DNA of 63,641 nt, the filler included, from Basidioascus undulatus (taxonomy: Eukaryota), in assembly GCA_000826855.1 (NCBI GenBank). It is 7 parts of 7 records of this genome, joined end to end, with 100 filler letters (N's around TTAATTAATTAA, not from the genome) between each part and the next. Parts side by side here need not be neighbours in the genome. Positions count along the whole stretch, not along the records: positions 1 to 23,934 come from JTLS01000253.1; 6 more parts are not named here. One strand, written 5' to 3'. Position 1 is the first letter of the stretch, and every line of letters starts with the position of its first letter. Both the position numbers and the translations under genes were made by a program. A model generated the notes under the pieces. The model had not been told where the DNA came from and did no database searches. It worked only from the letters and a program-made list of their open reading frames with translations. Shown in pieces: positions 1 to 11,291 of the stretch.

Positions 1-36
1 TTGACGGTCCTCTTTTCCGCCGTCGAGTGCTTTCAG

Positions 37-773
37 GCACTCGTATTGTCAATAGTTCTTACGGCGGCCACGGAATCTCCATCGGTTCCATCAAAACCGG
101 CAAGACTGTGAGCGACGTGACGATTTCGGGCAACACGGTCGTATGTACCTTCAGTCAAACAATTGTTTAAATTCGCAACTGTATGGTTTTTCGGTGCACA
201 GACGGACTCCGATAATGGCCTGCGCATCAAGACCGTCTACGACGCAACGGACGCTTCAGTCACCAATGTCGTTTACGAGTAAGGATATCGCAGCCCGACT
301 TTTCTGTCAATCAAGCAGTGCTGATGTCGAGCACGTTCACCAGCGGTAACACTGTGTCTGGCATCAACAAGTACGGCATTGTCATCGAGCAGGACTACGA
401 GGTGAGAAAGCAGACCCCTTCTTTCGAATCTACCTCTCGGATGTCAGCACAACGTCTGATCTGTCCTTTGGATCACAGAACGGCAACCCAACTGGTACCC
501 CTCCAACGGCGTTACACTTGGCCCCGTCACCTTCAGCGGCGCGAAGACCACTGTCAGTGTCAACTCCGGCGCCAAGGAGGTCTACGTCCTCTGCGGCTCC
601 AAGTGTACCGGCACCTGGGACTGGTCCCAGCTCACCACCAGCGGCGGGGATGCTGGCAGCAGCAACTTCGATGGCATCACCGGTGAGTGCTACAAATGGT
701 TCTTTGATGGTTCTACTCTGGCAAGACACAAGCTGTAGTGACATGCTCTTTCGCTATAGGCTACGCGGTCTGA
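37..773 (+). CDS. Endopolygalacturonase (GH28), 3' part, multi-exon
   Basis: Spliced exons give GGHGISIGSIKTGKTVSDVTISGNTV, DSDNGLRIKTVYDA and GINKYGIVIEQDYE, containing the GH28 GHG and RIKT motifs. Stop TGA at 771-773. The 5' end lies outside the window. Confidence 0.88.
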
Positions 774-2566
774 TCCCTCGATATTTGCCTTGCTCTGCAG
801 GATTGCAGCAGCTGTTCTATTTTCTTATCCACACGTTCATTAATTTGATGTTCAAACTGGGAACTATGTGCATTATGGGCCGTGTGAATACCTGAAATCA
901 ACATGCTTACACCTCTTCACGCACACAATCCCTCGCCAAAGTCCAGTGCAGCCGTACGTCGTATTCGGACGCGGCGGGCGGTTCGCTGGGTAGATAGTCG
1001 AGGGGGTTTTCGAGCGAAAAACAATTATCTCCGAACAATTGCGCGAGATGGTATAGAACTGAGAATTTTCCCGCTGGCTGCGTGCTCGCTGCTCTGCGTC
1101 CTGCACGCGCTCTTCGGCAGGTCGCAGATCACAGCCGCACCGTACCGCGGAAAGCAGATCATCCTCGTTAAGTAAATATTTTCCAGGGCTAGAGGGGCGG
1201 GACGTATGGCTGGTTCAGGAGGAACGTAACACACAACGCAGCGTCCGGAGGAGACTCGAAGCAGACATTTCCAGTCCAACCGCTGAGATGGTTCACCGGA
1301 AGCAGTCAAATATTAGAAAATGCTCCCTGTCGATCGTTCTGCAGATACTAAATATTGATGGGTTCAGTAAGCATGTCTGTATACGCTGAAAGTTTCATCA
1401 AATTGCGCGAAGGCGTGCTCTCAGACTGCGTTGCAACGAGAGCCTGCCACACCTCACAACGGTACTAGCAGAGCCAGGTCTCCGATAACTTATATCCCAT
1501 ATGCCAATCCATCAAAATGCGGCAACAGCAGAGGCGCTTCACCAAAAATCAGCGCGATGATCAATAGGAGCAGGCGAACCTGAACAACACTGAGAGCTCC
1601 CCCGCTCACGACAGTCATTCGATCGCCATGATGCTTCGACGACGACCCACTACACCTGAGCAGCAGTGGGCAGGGTCTCCTTGTATATGCTGAAGCACGC
1701 AATCTAATTACTTTTCTGAAATAAACAAGGGCAACGGCATGGCTCTTCCTGCGGCTACGGTGACCCTCGCTTCCATACCCAACCATCTACGGATAGAAGG
1801 AGTGCGGCTGGCACACACCCTTATGGATGAATAAGAAATGAGCCTGTCTACAGGCTCATCACGAACAAATATTGAGCATGGATAGTGCAAGATCCAATGC
1901 CCTCCGCGACATTATTGGCCAGGAGGGGAGACACCGGCAGAAGGAAGCCGGCCGTATGCGCGCGCCTGCGATAAATTGTGTGAGTGAATAGAAAACGTAA
2001 TGAAGGCGTAATGATGAATAATATTGAACCGCGGAGGCGCAGGCGATGGACCGGCGAATTGTGAAAAGCGGCCGTGTGAGTGGTCGGACTCGTCGGGTCA
2101 ACGCAACGCCGGCGACAGGTCAGGCGGCGCCGCTTCGCCCGATCGTGTCACTCGTTCGAGATCTTCCGCTCCCATTCTTCCTCCTCCTCTTTGCCCTCAC
2201 TCCCCCCCGCGCCCACACGACCACCACCTTTCCCTCTTACTTCCATTCTCTCCGTGGCCGACTCGCCCATTTTAAGGTGACATCTTGAGGTAATCTGTCG
2301 GTGAGTTTCGGTGTCACTTTTTCATGAGCGAAGGGGCAGAGGCGGGCGAGGTCGGGGGCTGCCTTTTCACTGCGGCGACGGGGAATCTGAACCTCACCGC
2401 GAGCGACTTAGTTGTGGTGTGGTGGTTTGGATGCACATATGTTGTATATGGCTTGCCTAAATGGCTTTTCGGCACCCGCTGCTAGCGTTCGCAGGCTGTT
2501 CACTCTCCCTTGACGCTCCACGGTCCACAAAAGGCAGCCAGCTCACACTCACATGTACCCACAGCA

Positions 2567-4879
2567 ATGCTTAACATCTCCAACATCGCTCGGTACAAGA
2601 GCCAGTGCCCCTTCCTGGGTCGCACCTCGTCCCACACGCTCCGCGCTCTCTCGACGTCTCTCGCGCCCTCGCCCGCATCGCCATCGGGCGTCGCCTCGCG
2701 CCTGACCGTCCAGGCGGAGCAGTGCCCAATCATGGGCCCAGCCCTCGCCACGCGCACCGAGGAGCTCAAGCGCTGCCCCGTCGCGCACCACGGCCAGCAG
2801 CAGAAGCGCGGCTACGCGAGCGTCGCCGGCCGCAAGGAGGTCGACGAGATCCACAAGAAGGAGGGCGTCACCGTCGGGAAGGGCGGCGTTTGCCCCCACG
2901 CTGCCGCTGGCCTCGCTGCCGCCAAGGCTGCTGAGGCCGCTGCCGCCAAGGCTGCTGAGGCCGCTGCCGCCATCGCGACCGAGAAGAAGTCACAGTCGGT
3001 GAAGCGCAAGGGGTACCACTACGAGAAGTTCTATGCGGACCAGTTGCAGAAGAAGCACGACGACGCGTCCTGTACGCCTTCTCTCCTCTTTTACCTCGTT
3101 TTCCTCGACTGGAACGTCAATCTGACGTTGCTTCGCTTGCAGACCGCTACTTCAACAACATCAACCGCCTCGCGCAAAAGTTCCCCGTCGCGCACACTGG
3201 CCGCGTCGAGGAGGAGGTCACCGTCTGGTGTTCGAACGACTACCTCGGCATGAGCAAGAACGAGGTCGTCACCAACACGATGAAGTGAGTCGTCTATCAC
3301 ATTAATCGTCCTCCGATCACGCATTCTGACGTTGCCTTTTCCCTTCAGGCGTACCCTCGACCGCTACGGTGCTGGTGCGGGCGGCACGCGCAACATCGCC
3401 GGCAACGGCGCGCTGCACCTCGCGCTCGAGGCCGAGCTCGCGAGCCTACACCGCAAAGACGCCGCGCTCGTCTTCTCCTCGTGCTTCGTCGCGAACGACG
3501 CGACGCTCGCCACCCTCGGCTCCAAGCTCCCCGGCTGCGTCATCTTCTCCGACTCGATGAACCACGCTTCGATGATTCAGGGCATCAAGCACTCGGGCGC
3601 GAAGAAGGTCATCTTCAAGCATAACGACATGAAGGACCTCGAGGAGAAGCTCAAGCAATTCCCCTTCGAGACGCCCAAGGTTCGTGCCGCGTCGTCTTGC
3701 ATGCACACCACCGCTGGATGGTTCGCTAACGCGTCATTCCTTATCGAACAGATCATCGCGTTTGAGTCCGTCTACTCGATGTGCGGCTCCGTCGGTCCGA
3801 TCCGTGAGATCTGCGATCTTGCGGACAAGTACGGCGCGATCACCTTCAACGACGAGGTGCACGCCGTCGGCATGTACGGCCCCCGCGGCGCGGGCGTCGC
3901 CGAGCACCTCGATTACGCTGCGCACGCCGCCGCGGGCGAGTCGCCCGACGCGATCAAGGGCACGGTCATGGACCGGTGCGACATCATCACGGGCACGCTC
4001 GGCAAGGCATGGGGCGTCGTCGGCGGCTACATCGCGGGCTCGGCCGACCTCGTCGACATGATCCGCTCGTACGCGCCCGGCTTCATCTTCACCACGTCCC
4101 TCCCGCCCGCGATCGCCGCCGGCGCGCAGGCCAGCATCGCGTACCAGAAGAACTACCGCGGCGACCGCCAGCTGCAGCAGATCAACACCCGCATGCTGAA
4201 GGACAAGCTTGCGGCGATCGACATCCCCGTCGTGTACGTTTCGTCGCCCTTAGCGTCTTCTTCATCGTGCACAAGTTGACTTGCCATCTCCCCTCTCTAG
4301 TCCCGGGCCCTCCCACATCGTCCCCGTCCTCATCGGCGACGCTGCGCTTGCCAAGGCCGCCTCCGACTCGCTCCTCGCCGACCATGGTCTGTACATGCAA
4401 GCCCTGAACTACCCCACCGTTGCCGTTGGTGAGGAGAGGCTCCGGGTGCGTTTCTCACCGTTGATCTGACGACGACCTGAGCCTTAACTGACGACGTGCC
4501 CGTACTTCTCTTCCCTCAGATCACCCCGACGCCGGGTCACTCACTCGCCGCGATGGACACGCTAGTCGCCGCGATCGACGAAGTCTTCACGCGCCTCAAC
4601 ATCCCACGTCAGTCGGAGTGGGCCTGCCGCGGCGGCCACGCCGGCGTCGGTGTCCCCGACGCGAAGCCCATCGAGCCGATTTGGTCCGATGCGCAGCTCG
4701 GCCTGCTCGACGGCACGGCGCCCAAGCCGCTCGAGGGCGTGAGCACGTCCATCGCCGACCGCATCGCGAGCGCCATCGCCCACGACCGCCTCACCCACCT
4801 CCTCGGCCCCTACGAGCCTGCTGCCGACGAGGCGACCCGCGTGGAGGGCGCCGAGGCTGCGCCTGTCCCGTCGGCATAA
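2567..4879 (+). CDS. HEM1: 5-aminolevulinate synthase, mitochondrial
   Basis: Motifs [55 protein letters not shown] (PLP lysine) and [16 protein letters not shown]-terminal presequence carries Cys-Pro motifs. Confidence 0.96.
2916..2969 (+). repeat. Tandem 24-nt coding repeat (AAAKAAEA x2) in the HEM1 N-terminal linker
   Basis: gctgccgccaaggctgctgaggcc occurs twice in tandem. Confidence 0.8.
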
Positions 4880-5398
4880 GCGGGGTAGTTACCTGGTGAT
4901 ACTTGTGGTTGAAAAGCATGTTTGGCTTTGGATGCAGCTCTTGCATACTACTCTTTGCCTGTCTGCCTTGTGCCTCGTTAGCAATGAGTCAATTCAGATT
5001 GACAAAACGATCAATACCTGAATCAGAATCCCGGACAGAAGGACTTGAGTGATCGAGCCATGCGAGTCGATGCGGGCGACGCTGATGTGCGGCAAGTCTT
5101 GTACCCTACAAGTGGACCCATAGTCATCCACCACACTTCAACAACTTCCAGGAAAGTTCAGCCGCCTTCGGATCACGGTGAGTTCTAGCGTGGTTCAAAA
5201 TGCCTCGGGCCACAGAGCAAACAAGGCAGGCGGGGAAGTCTTTTGTCACAACGTCCAACGACGTCCAACGAGACATCGTGGTGTGCTCTCCTTGGCTTAG
5301 AGATGCGACGAGAGTGTACAAATGCGAGAACAGGACATGTCACAACCAGCTATTCACAGCCCCATTGGGCGCTCCGCCCGAATGCGAGGATTCGCGGC

Positions 5399-6360
5399 CT
5401 AGTACGGCGCACCACGACCCCTGGAGTGAGACGGGAACACTGTCAGTCGGCACGCCCAAGAGCAGAGCGGACAGGATCAGACGCGAAGCTGGACGTACCT
5501 GTAGCCGCCGCGACCACGCGGGTAGTAGCCTCCCCGACCACCACGGTATCCGCCCCGACCACGACCGCGCCCGCGCGACGCCTTCATCCCCGGGATGTTG
5601 GTGCGTTTGGGAACGACCTGCCGAAGGACATGTGAGCGGGTCGTGACGTTCGCTCTGAGCGCCCAGACAATACACACCTTGATCAGTCGGCCCCGGAACA
5701 GGCTCTCGTTCAGGACCATCGCGTTTTGCACGAGCGACGGGTCCGCGAACTCGACGTACGCGTACCTAAGGGTGGAAAGAACTCGAGTCAGCTAGGCAGG
5801 ACATACAGACGCCACGAAGAGACGCGTACCCCTTAGGGTGACCGGTGAACTTGTCACACAGAATGGTGACGCGATTGATGGTGCCACATGCGGCAAAGTG
5901 CTGCTGAACCTCCTCCGGAGTCGCCGCGTAGTCCACCTGTACTTCCTTCGTCAGCTCCACATCACCTGCTACCAACGGACGAAGGGAAGCGCAACGTACG
6001 TTGCCGACATAGATACTCCGCGCATCGATCGCCTCCTTCTCCTCCTCCGCACCCAGCACGCCCTCCATGCCCGACCCCGCGGCGCTCCCTGACGGGCCGG
6101 CGCTCGCCTCCCGCTCCGCCTCGGCCTGCATCTCGCGCAGCTTCGCCGCCTCCGCCTCCATCTCCTTCACGCGCTGCTTCATCATCTCGAGCTCCTGATC
6201 ATCCCAGAAGTACCGTCAGTATTGGACTGGAAGCAGGCGGAGTTCAAGTGCGAAGTTGATGCACCTTCTCCTCGTCCTCCTCCTCGAAGGTCGGCTCGTC
6301 CGCCGCCGGAGTCTCAGCGGGGGGAGCGGCGGCGGCGGCGGAAGCAGCAACGTCGGACAT
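5399..6360 (-). CDS. PAB2: Nuclear poly(A)-binding protein 2 (PABPN1/Pab2 family)
   Basis: Coiled coil [34 protein letters not shown]...[49 protein letters not shown], then an RGG tail ending GRGAPY*. Confidence 0.93.
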
Positions 6361-6819
6361 GATGGAGGTGGTGTTTTAGGTTGAGAAGGTATGGGCGGGC
6401 TGAAACGAAGCAAGAGGAAATAAGTCGATGGGGGAGCGAAGCAAGAGCACAAGGTGAGAAGGGAGGGAAGGAGAGCGCAGGTTAAGCGGGGCGTTACGTA
6501 ATGCGATGCCTGGTCTCCTCCAGCTCTTTTCCGCTTTCAGCACGCTGTCTGGTTCCCTCGTCCTCGAGGTATTTCCTAATGCAAATCCTTCAAGTCCACC
6601 GCTTAAACCTACAACGTTTCCTACGGATTTGGGAAAGCGCCTACCGATCAAGACGGTGTCCCTCACAGTCTCCCTCCTGAAAGCCTCACATCTGGCCTCA
6701 ACTTGTTGTATCTTATGTCTTATGAATGCAATAAAGGCCTTTGTGGTACATGTAAGGCTGTTTGATAAAGTATGGGGGTGTCTTGCATGGGTTCTTCTTT
6801 CCACAATGTTAAAAACATC

Positions 6820-6891
6820 TCCTCGTTGGTGTAGTGGCTAACATCGGGTGTTCTCACCGCCCAGCCCCGGGTTCGATTCCCGGACGGGGAA
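6820..6891 (+). tRNA. tRNA-Glu(CTC), intronless
   Basis: Cloverleaf: acceptor TCCTCGT/ACGGGGA, D arm GTGT..ACAT, anticodon stem GGGTG/CGCCC with loop TTCTCAC, T arm CCGGG-TTCGATT-CCCGG. T-run about 10 nt downstream. Confidence 0.96.
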
Positions 6892-7149
6892 TCAATACTC
6901 TTTTGCTTGCCTTTCCATCGGTGCAATGTGAAGGGCCGTCTTTCTTTTTACCACAATCAGCGGGCCAGTTTTTTGTATAGTTGACCGCTTTGGTCTCCTC
7001 GTCCTCAGTGGAAACCCCCAAATGCAAATCTGTACTTCCTTGCACTTTTACGCAGGTATTTTGTCAGGCAGCAAATAGGGAAAATTTCTCAATCAGCATT
7101 GCAATTGCATGGTATCACTTCAGAGCTACCAGGCGCCCCTGAATGCTGT

Positions 7150-7834
7150 GTACCTCGTTCTCGCCCGTCAGGTCAGGGCCGCCCGGGTTCTCTTCGTACG
7201 GCATGGCATGCTGCAGCTTGCCCTCAACCAAACTGTTGATGTCGAGCGTGCCTGTGCTAATCTTGAGGGATAGTACGTCAGCGAGTGAAGGTTCATTGAG
7301 ATGGCTGGTGACCTACCCAGGGAGTTCGGGCGCCAAGCGCAAGCTCGCAGAGGACAACGTTGACGCCGGCAGACTCAAGGCGCGACCGCTCGCCTGCATG
7401 CTGTACCCTCCTGGAAGAAACGAATAGGCCTCGTTCTGTCAACCTCTTTACGAATCATTACCGCAAAAGATACCGTCAATGCACGTACTCTTGGTTCGTC
7501 ACCCTCGCGCAAGGCGTCTGCCGGCAGCGGTACGCCGTCGAGCTCGCGCCAGATCGGAGTCTCGCGCAGGACGCCGTCGAAGAAAGTCTGCGGGCGCCAT
7601 GAGATTGACCGATGCTAGTAACGCGGCCGTGGTTGGATCCGGCGTGTCTGCGGACGGGGATGTTCAATGTCCATCTGAGAGGCAACCAGGAAATGGAAAG
7701 ACATACTCGACATGGTGCCCGGTAATAACACGCTTAATCGGATCGGGTGCGCTGGCGCCAGTCGCGGGCGGGGTGGACTGAGAAGCAGTCGCCCCCTCAG
7801 AGGTCTTCTGGCGCTTGGAGGTCGGAGAGCTCAT
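7150..7834 (-). pseudogene. Probable degenerate cupin-domain gene
   Basis: Fragments IKRVITGHH, GVNVVLCELALGARTPL and STGTLDINSLVEGKL resemble fungal cupin_2 proteins (RRxxTGH...LxPGxxTPMH.T.SLD.G.V.EG). I could not build a clean frame-consistent spliced model, and the metal-binding His residues look altered. Confidence 0.35.
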
Positions 7835-10800
7835 GTCGACGATGATGGTCGGAAACGAAGAGGCAGTGTGTTGAGAGCGCGCGACTCGAAGCGCACTTTG
7901 GAAAAAGCTCCGCGGCATCCTGTACGCGCTCCAGTGCACCGATTTTGCCTCATAGCACACAATATTCATGTGGCTTTTCAGGTGAGATAATTTAATGGAG
8001 CAGGACGCCGAACGCATGGCGGTGCGCGCAATGATCTTGGGGGATCTGGTCAATCAGGGGAGAGCCCTCGTGCTCGTGCAGGACCAAGCGACCTTGACCC
8101 CCTGCACATGCTGCGCCTTCACACGCCCGCTCAGCATCGGGTTGCTAAAGGCCGCGAAGAGCTCGTCAAGCAGGGTGCAAGGTAGCGAGGAGAGAGGCGA
8201 GCTTGTTGAGGTTTGATGGCTGGGAGTGGGGTGGGGGTAGGGACATCGTGGTCTGGGAATAAGGGCTGAAGGTGCGTTGGTACCTCAAGGAAGAGGGACG
8301 AGCAGGTGAAGGTCGGAAGGCAAGCGCGACGCGACGAGCCTGAGCGCGGCGAGCGCGGAAAGAAAGCCGAAGCGGCTCCAACGTCGCTCCACCGCATAGC
8401 CGCAAAACGATACATCACAGGCGACAGCGTCAAAGTACATTACATATTTCGTGCCTGCTGCGCAGTCAATCACTGCCTCGAATATAATCTAGCAACGTCT
8501 GAGGCAACCAACTACTGCTCTGCCTTATGAAACTGAGGCAGCACACGTCCGGCTCGTACAGCCGTACACAATATGGGGACAACAATGGGGGGCGTACACA
8601 TCCTCCTGTGATGGTTTGTCAATCTCATGTACTCTTGAAACACAGGGCCGCATGGTCCATATACAACGCGCCGTTTGGCCGTCGTTAAGCAAGAAAACAT
8701 GCGTGAAAAGAAATTCGTTGTCCACCAACAACGACCTCTCCGTACGATTGACACACCACTCATTGAGTTCTTGTGAGACAAAATGTACAATAGAAAGTGT
8801 GGAAAAAGTACAGGACAGAGGTAAATGAGAGGGAGGAGAGCGGGTCGCTCCGCTGCTGACTGCCAGTGACAACGTAGCGGCAGCCATGTCGAAGTCTACG
8901 AGGACAGTGGGGGTACCAAGCAGCCCGTTGGGAAACCCATTGGCATAAAACATAGGCAACCATATCCAAGAGAAGGATATCGTCTCTGAAAGTATCACAA
9001 GGCACGCGCTGCGTCTCGGACAGACCTCAGTCGAGCCTGCGGACGACTTCTCAACCCTGCTCACTCCTTGCCTTCTTAGGCCTTTTCCCCACTCTAAATT
9101 ATAGTGTTTGTTCATTCCTCCCAAGACATACTTCTTCGGACGCATAGCCATGCGCTCACAAGGCTAGGATGGTGCGCGCACGCATGCGATGTTCGCCTGC
9201 TCGCGCCGCTGAACTAGTGCAGCAAATATCCTGTAAATGCTTTATCAAGGCAGGAGCAGCCGGCAACGAGACGATCAAGGTGCGTAGTAAGTATTTAAGA
9301 AAATTGATGGAGACTTTGAGACTCTCGGTATCTCTTCCCAAACATCTTTTCCACGAGGCGGAAGCAGCATGGCCACCGCTGCGTTCTGTGAACGTTCGGA
9401 CGCAGTCGCCTGTGGCTTATTGTCTCATGCTATGCTCTTCGCCATTTTGCTACACCATTCAAGGGACTCCTTAGCGCCTGTGTCTCAGTCCGCATAGCAA
9501 ACCCTCCCATTTGATACCTTTGGAATGATCATCTTCGGCATCCGCGGCAAGTTTCGCGAGTTGTGGTACTGGTGGAAGTACGGCGAGTGCGTGTCTCATC
9601 TGGAGATTGACCGAAGTCTGTACTACAAACCTGACATTTCGATGAACAGCGACGCGAAGTACGAGCTCTACGACCGGGGCTGGGCCCGAGAGCGGGAGGG
9701 GAGGATGATCTGGTGGCAATGAGGGGCAGGGTGCAATTGTGGCACGGACGTGCGTTCGACTGCAAACAGACCAGTAATGTGTGGGGATACATTATCCTTT
9801 ACAATATATGGGAGCTGTGTGCCTTCTATTCAAGAGGCAGAGGCTTGGTTCGCAAGGCCCAGCAAGCATGTCTCATCCTGCGGTTAGTCACCTTTCGCGG
9901 GCACGGCACGGGCATGGGGAACTCTCCAGGCAGAATAAGAGGAACACAATCCTCACCCCGGAACAATGGAATGAAGCGTTCCGATGGTCAAAACCACAGA
10001 TTTGCGCAGGTTGCGAGTCCTCTTTGCGCCAATCTTCACAGTCGCAACGGGCCTTGAATCTAACGCCACTACCCGCACCATTCAGCTCACCATGCCCGAT
10101 CTCGAGATGCTTCTACGCCGCCTGTTTTGCGGTATATGCCCGGGCGAGTAAGTGTCGAGCTTGCGCGTACTTCAGCGGGCATTAGCGGTTGAAAGAAGTC
10201 GGAGCCTCCACAGCTTGGCGTTCTACCAGCGACGACGCCCGCAGTGGAATCAAGGGATAAGGCCTAAGCCATCGACATGGCCATATGGGCCGAGATGGCC
10301 ATCGGGTTAAGGGTGGATTGAGGAAGGCAGGGCGAAGGGCAAGCGAGAGGGAGTAGAGGGCGGGGGTTATGAGCGGATGGGGATCGAGGCAGCGTGGTCG
10401 CAGCAAGGTCATGAGCATGGCATGAGCATGGCATGTGAGACGAGGGTCGATAGACCGAAGGCAATCAGCATTGAAAGGACGTTGTACGATCAGATGGGGG
10501 ACCGAGAAGGCGACAGCTGCGTCGGCAGTGCAAGTCGACCGCCTTGGAGGGGCAGGCTATCGGCAAGTCCAGCGGGCTGGCCAGCGCGATGAGACAAAGG
10601 AGACAGGCAGGACGGACTGCGAAATCTGAAGTGCTGTGAGCTTTGTCGCCGGACTCCCTCCCTTCCGTAGCACCGTGCCAAATCCAGCACACTCTGCAGC
10701 CTCCGGCAGGCGACCAGCGCTTGATCTGCCCATAACCCACCCTCTACGGCACCCATTCAAACCAAATTGTCCGTACCTCAGCCTCCAGCTCCCGACCTCC

Positions 10801-10888
10801 TCCCAGATCTCATCCAGTCGAGCCCCAGTCCCTCCCGGTCCCCCTATCCCGGTCCTCCCCTCCCCCTTTCCAGTCCGCCGTGCCCGCC

Positions 10889-11038
10889 CTATTGCGCTTT
10901 CGCAGCAGGCCTCAAAGCCGCGAGAGGCTGTTGTGTGTACTTGGCGTTGACATCGACGAAGTGGTAGGCGATGATGAGGAGCATGGTCGCGACGCCGAGC
11001 GAGTTGGCGAGATTCGCCAGGCCGATGTCGGTGATCAT
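10889..11038 (-). CDS. OST4: Oligosaccharyltransferase subunit 4 (49 aa)
   Basis: MITDIGLANLANSLGVATMLLIIAYHFVDVNAK... matches the OST4 pattern MITDxxLxxxANxLGxxxxxLxxxYHxxxVN. Below the ORF-track size cutoff. Probable 5'UTR intron at about 11049-11114. Confidence 0.9.
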   Translation of the reverse strand: MITDIGLANLANSLGVATMLLIIAYHFVDVNAKYTQQPLAALRPAAKAQ

Positions 11039-11291
11039 CTTCGGCTCGCTATCACGCCACAAAAGTGCTTAGCGTCGGATATGGCATACAGGAATACCAT
11101 TTCCGATAACGTACATGTAGACTCCTAGAAGCCGCAAAAGCCTAGAAATGCGAGGAGCACGAGAGGCTGGTGATGGTGATGGTCAATGGGGAACGAGCTG
11201 TGACGCGCGTGGCAGTCGTGTGTCCAGGAGGTCGGCGCGTCTTCCGGCTTGGACCGTACCCCCATCTCCTCTATCTCTCTTCCCGGCAAGG

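Noticed and set aside
1480..1990. CCAAT and GATAA motifs upstream of HEM1
   Set aside because: Such short motifs are expected by chance, and no conservation data are available.
8525..9151. 208-aa ORF on the minus strand
   Set aside because: No recognisable motif, and codon usage is unlike the real genes here.
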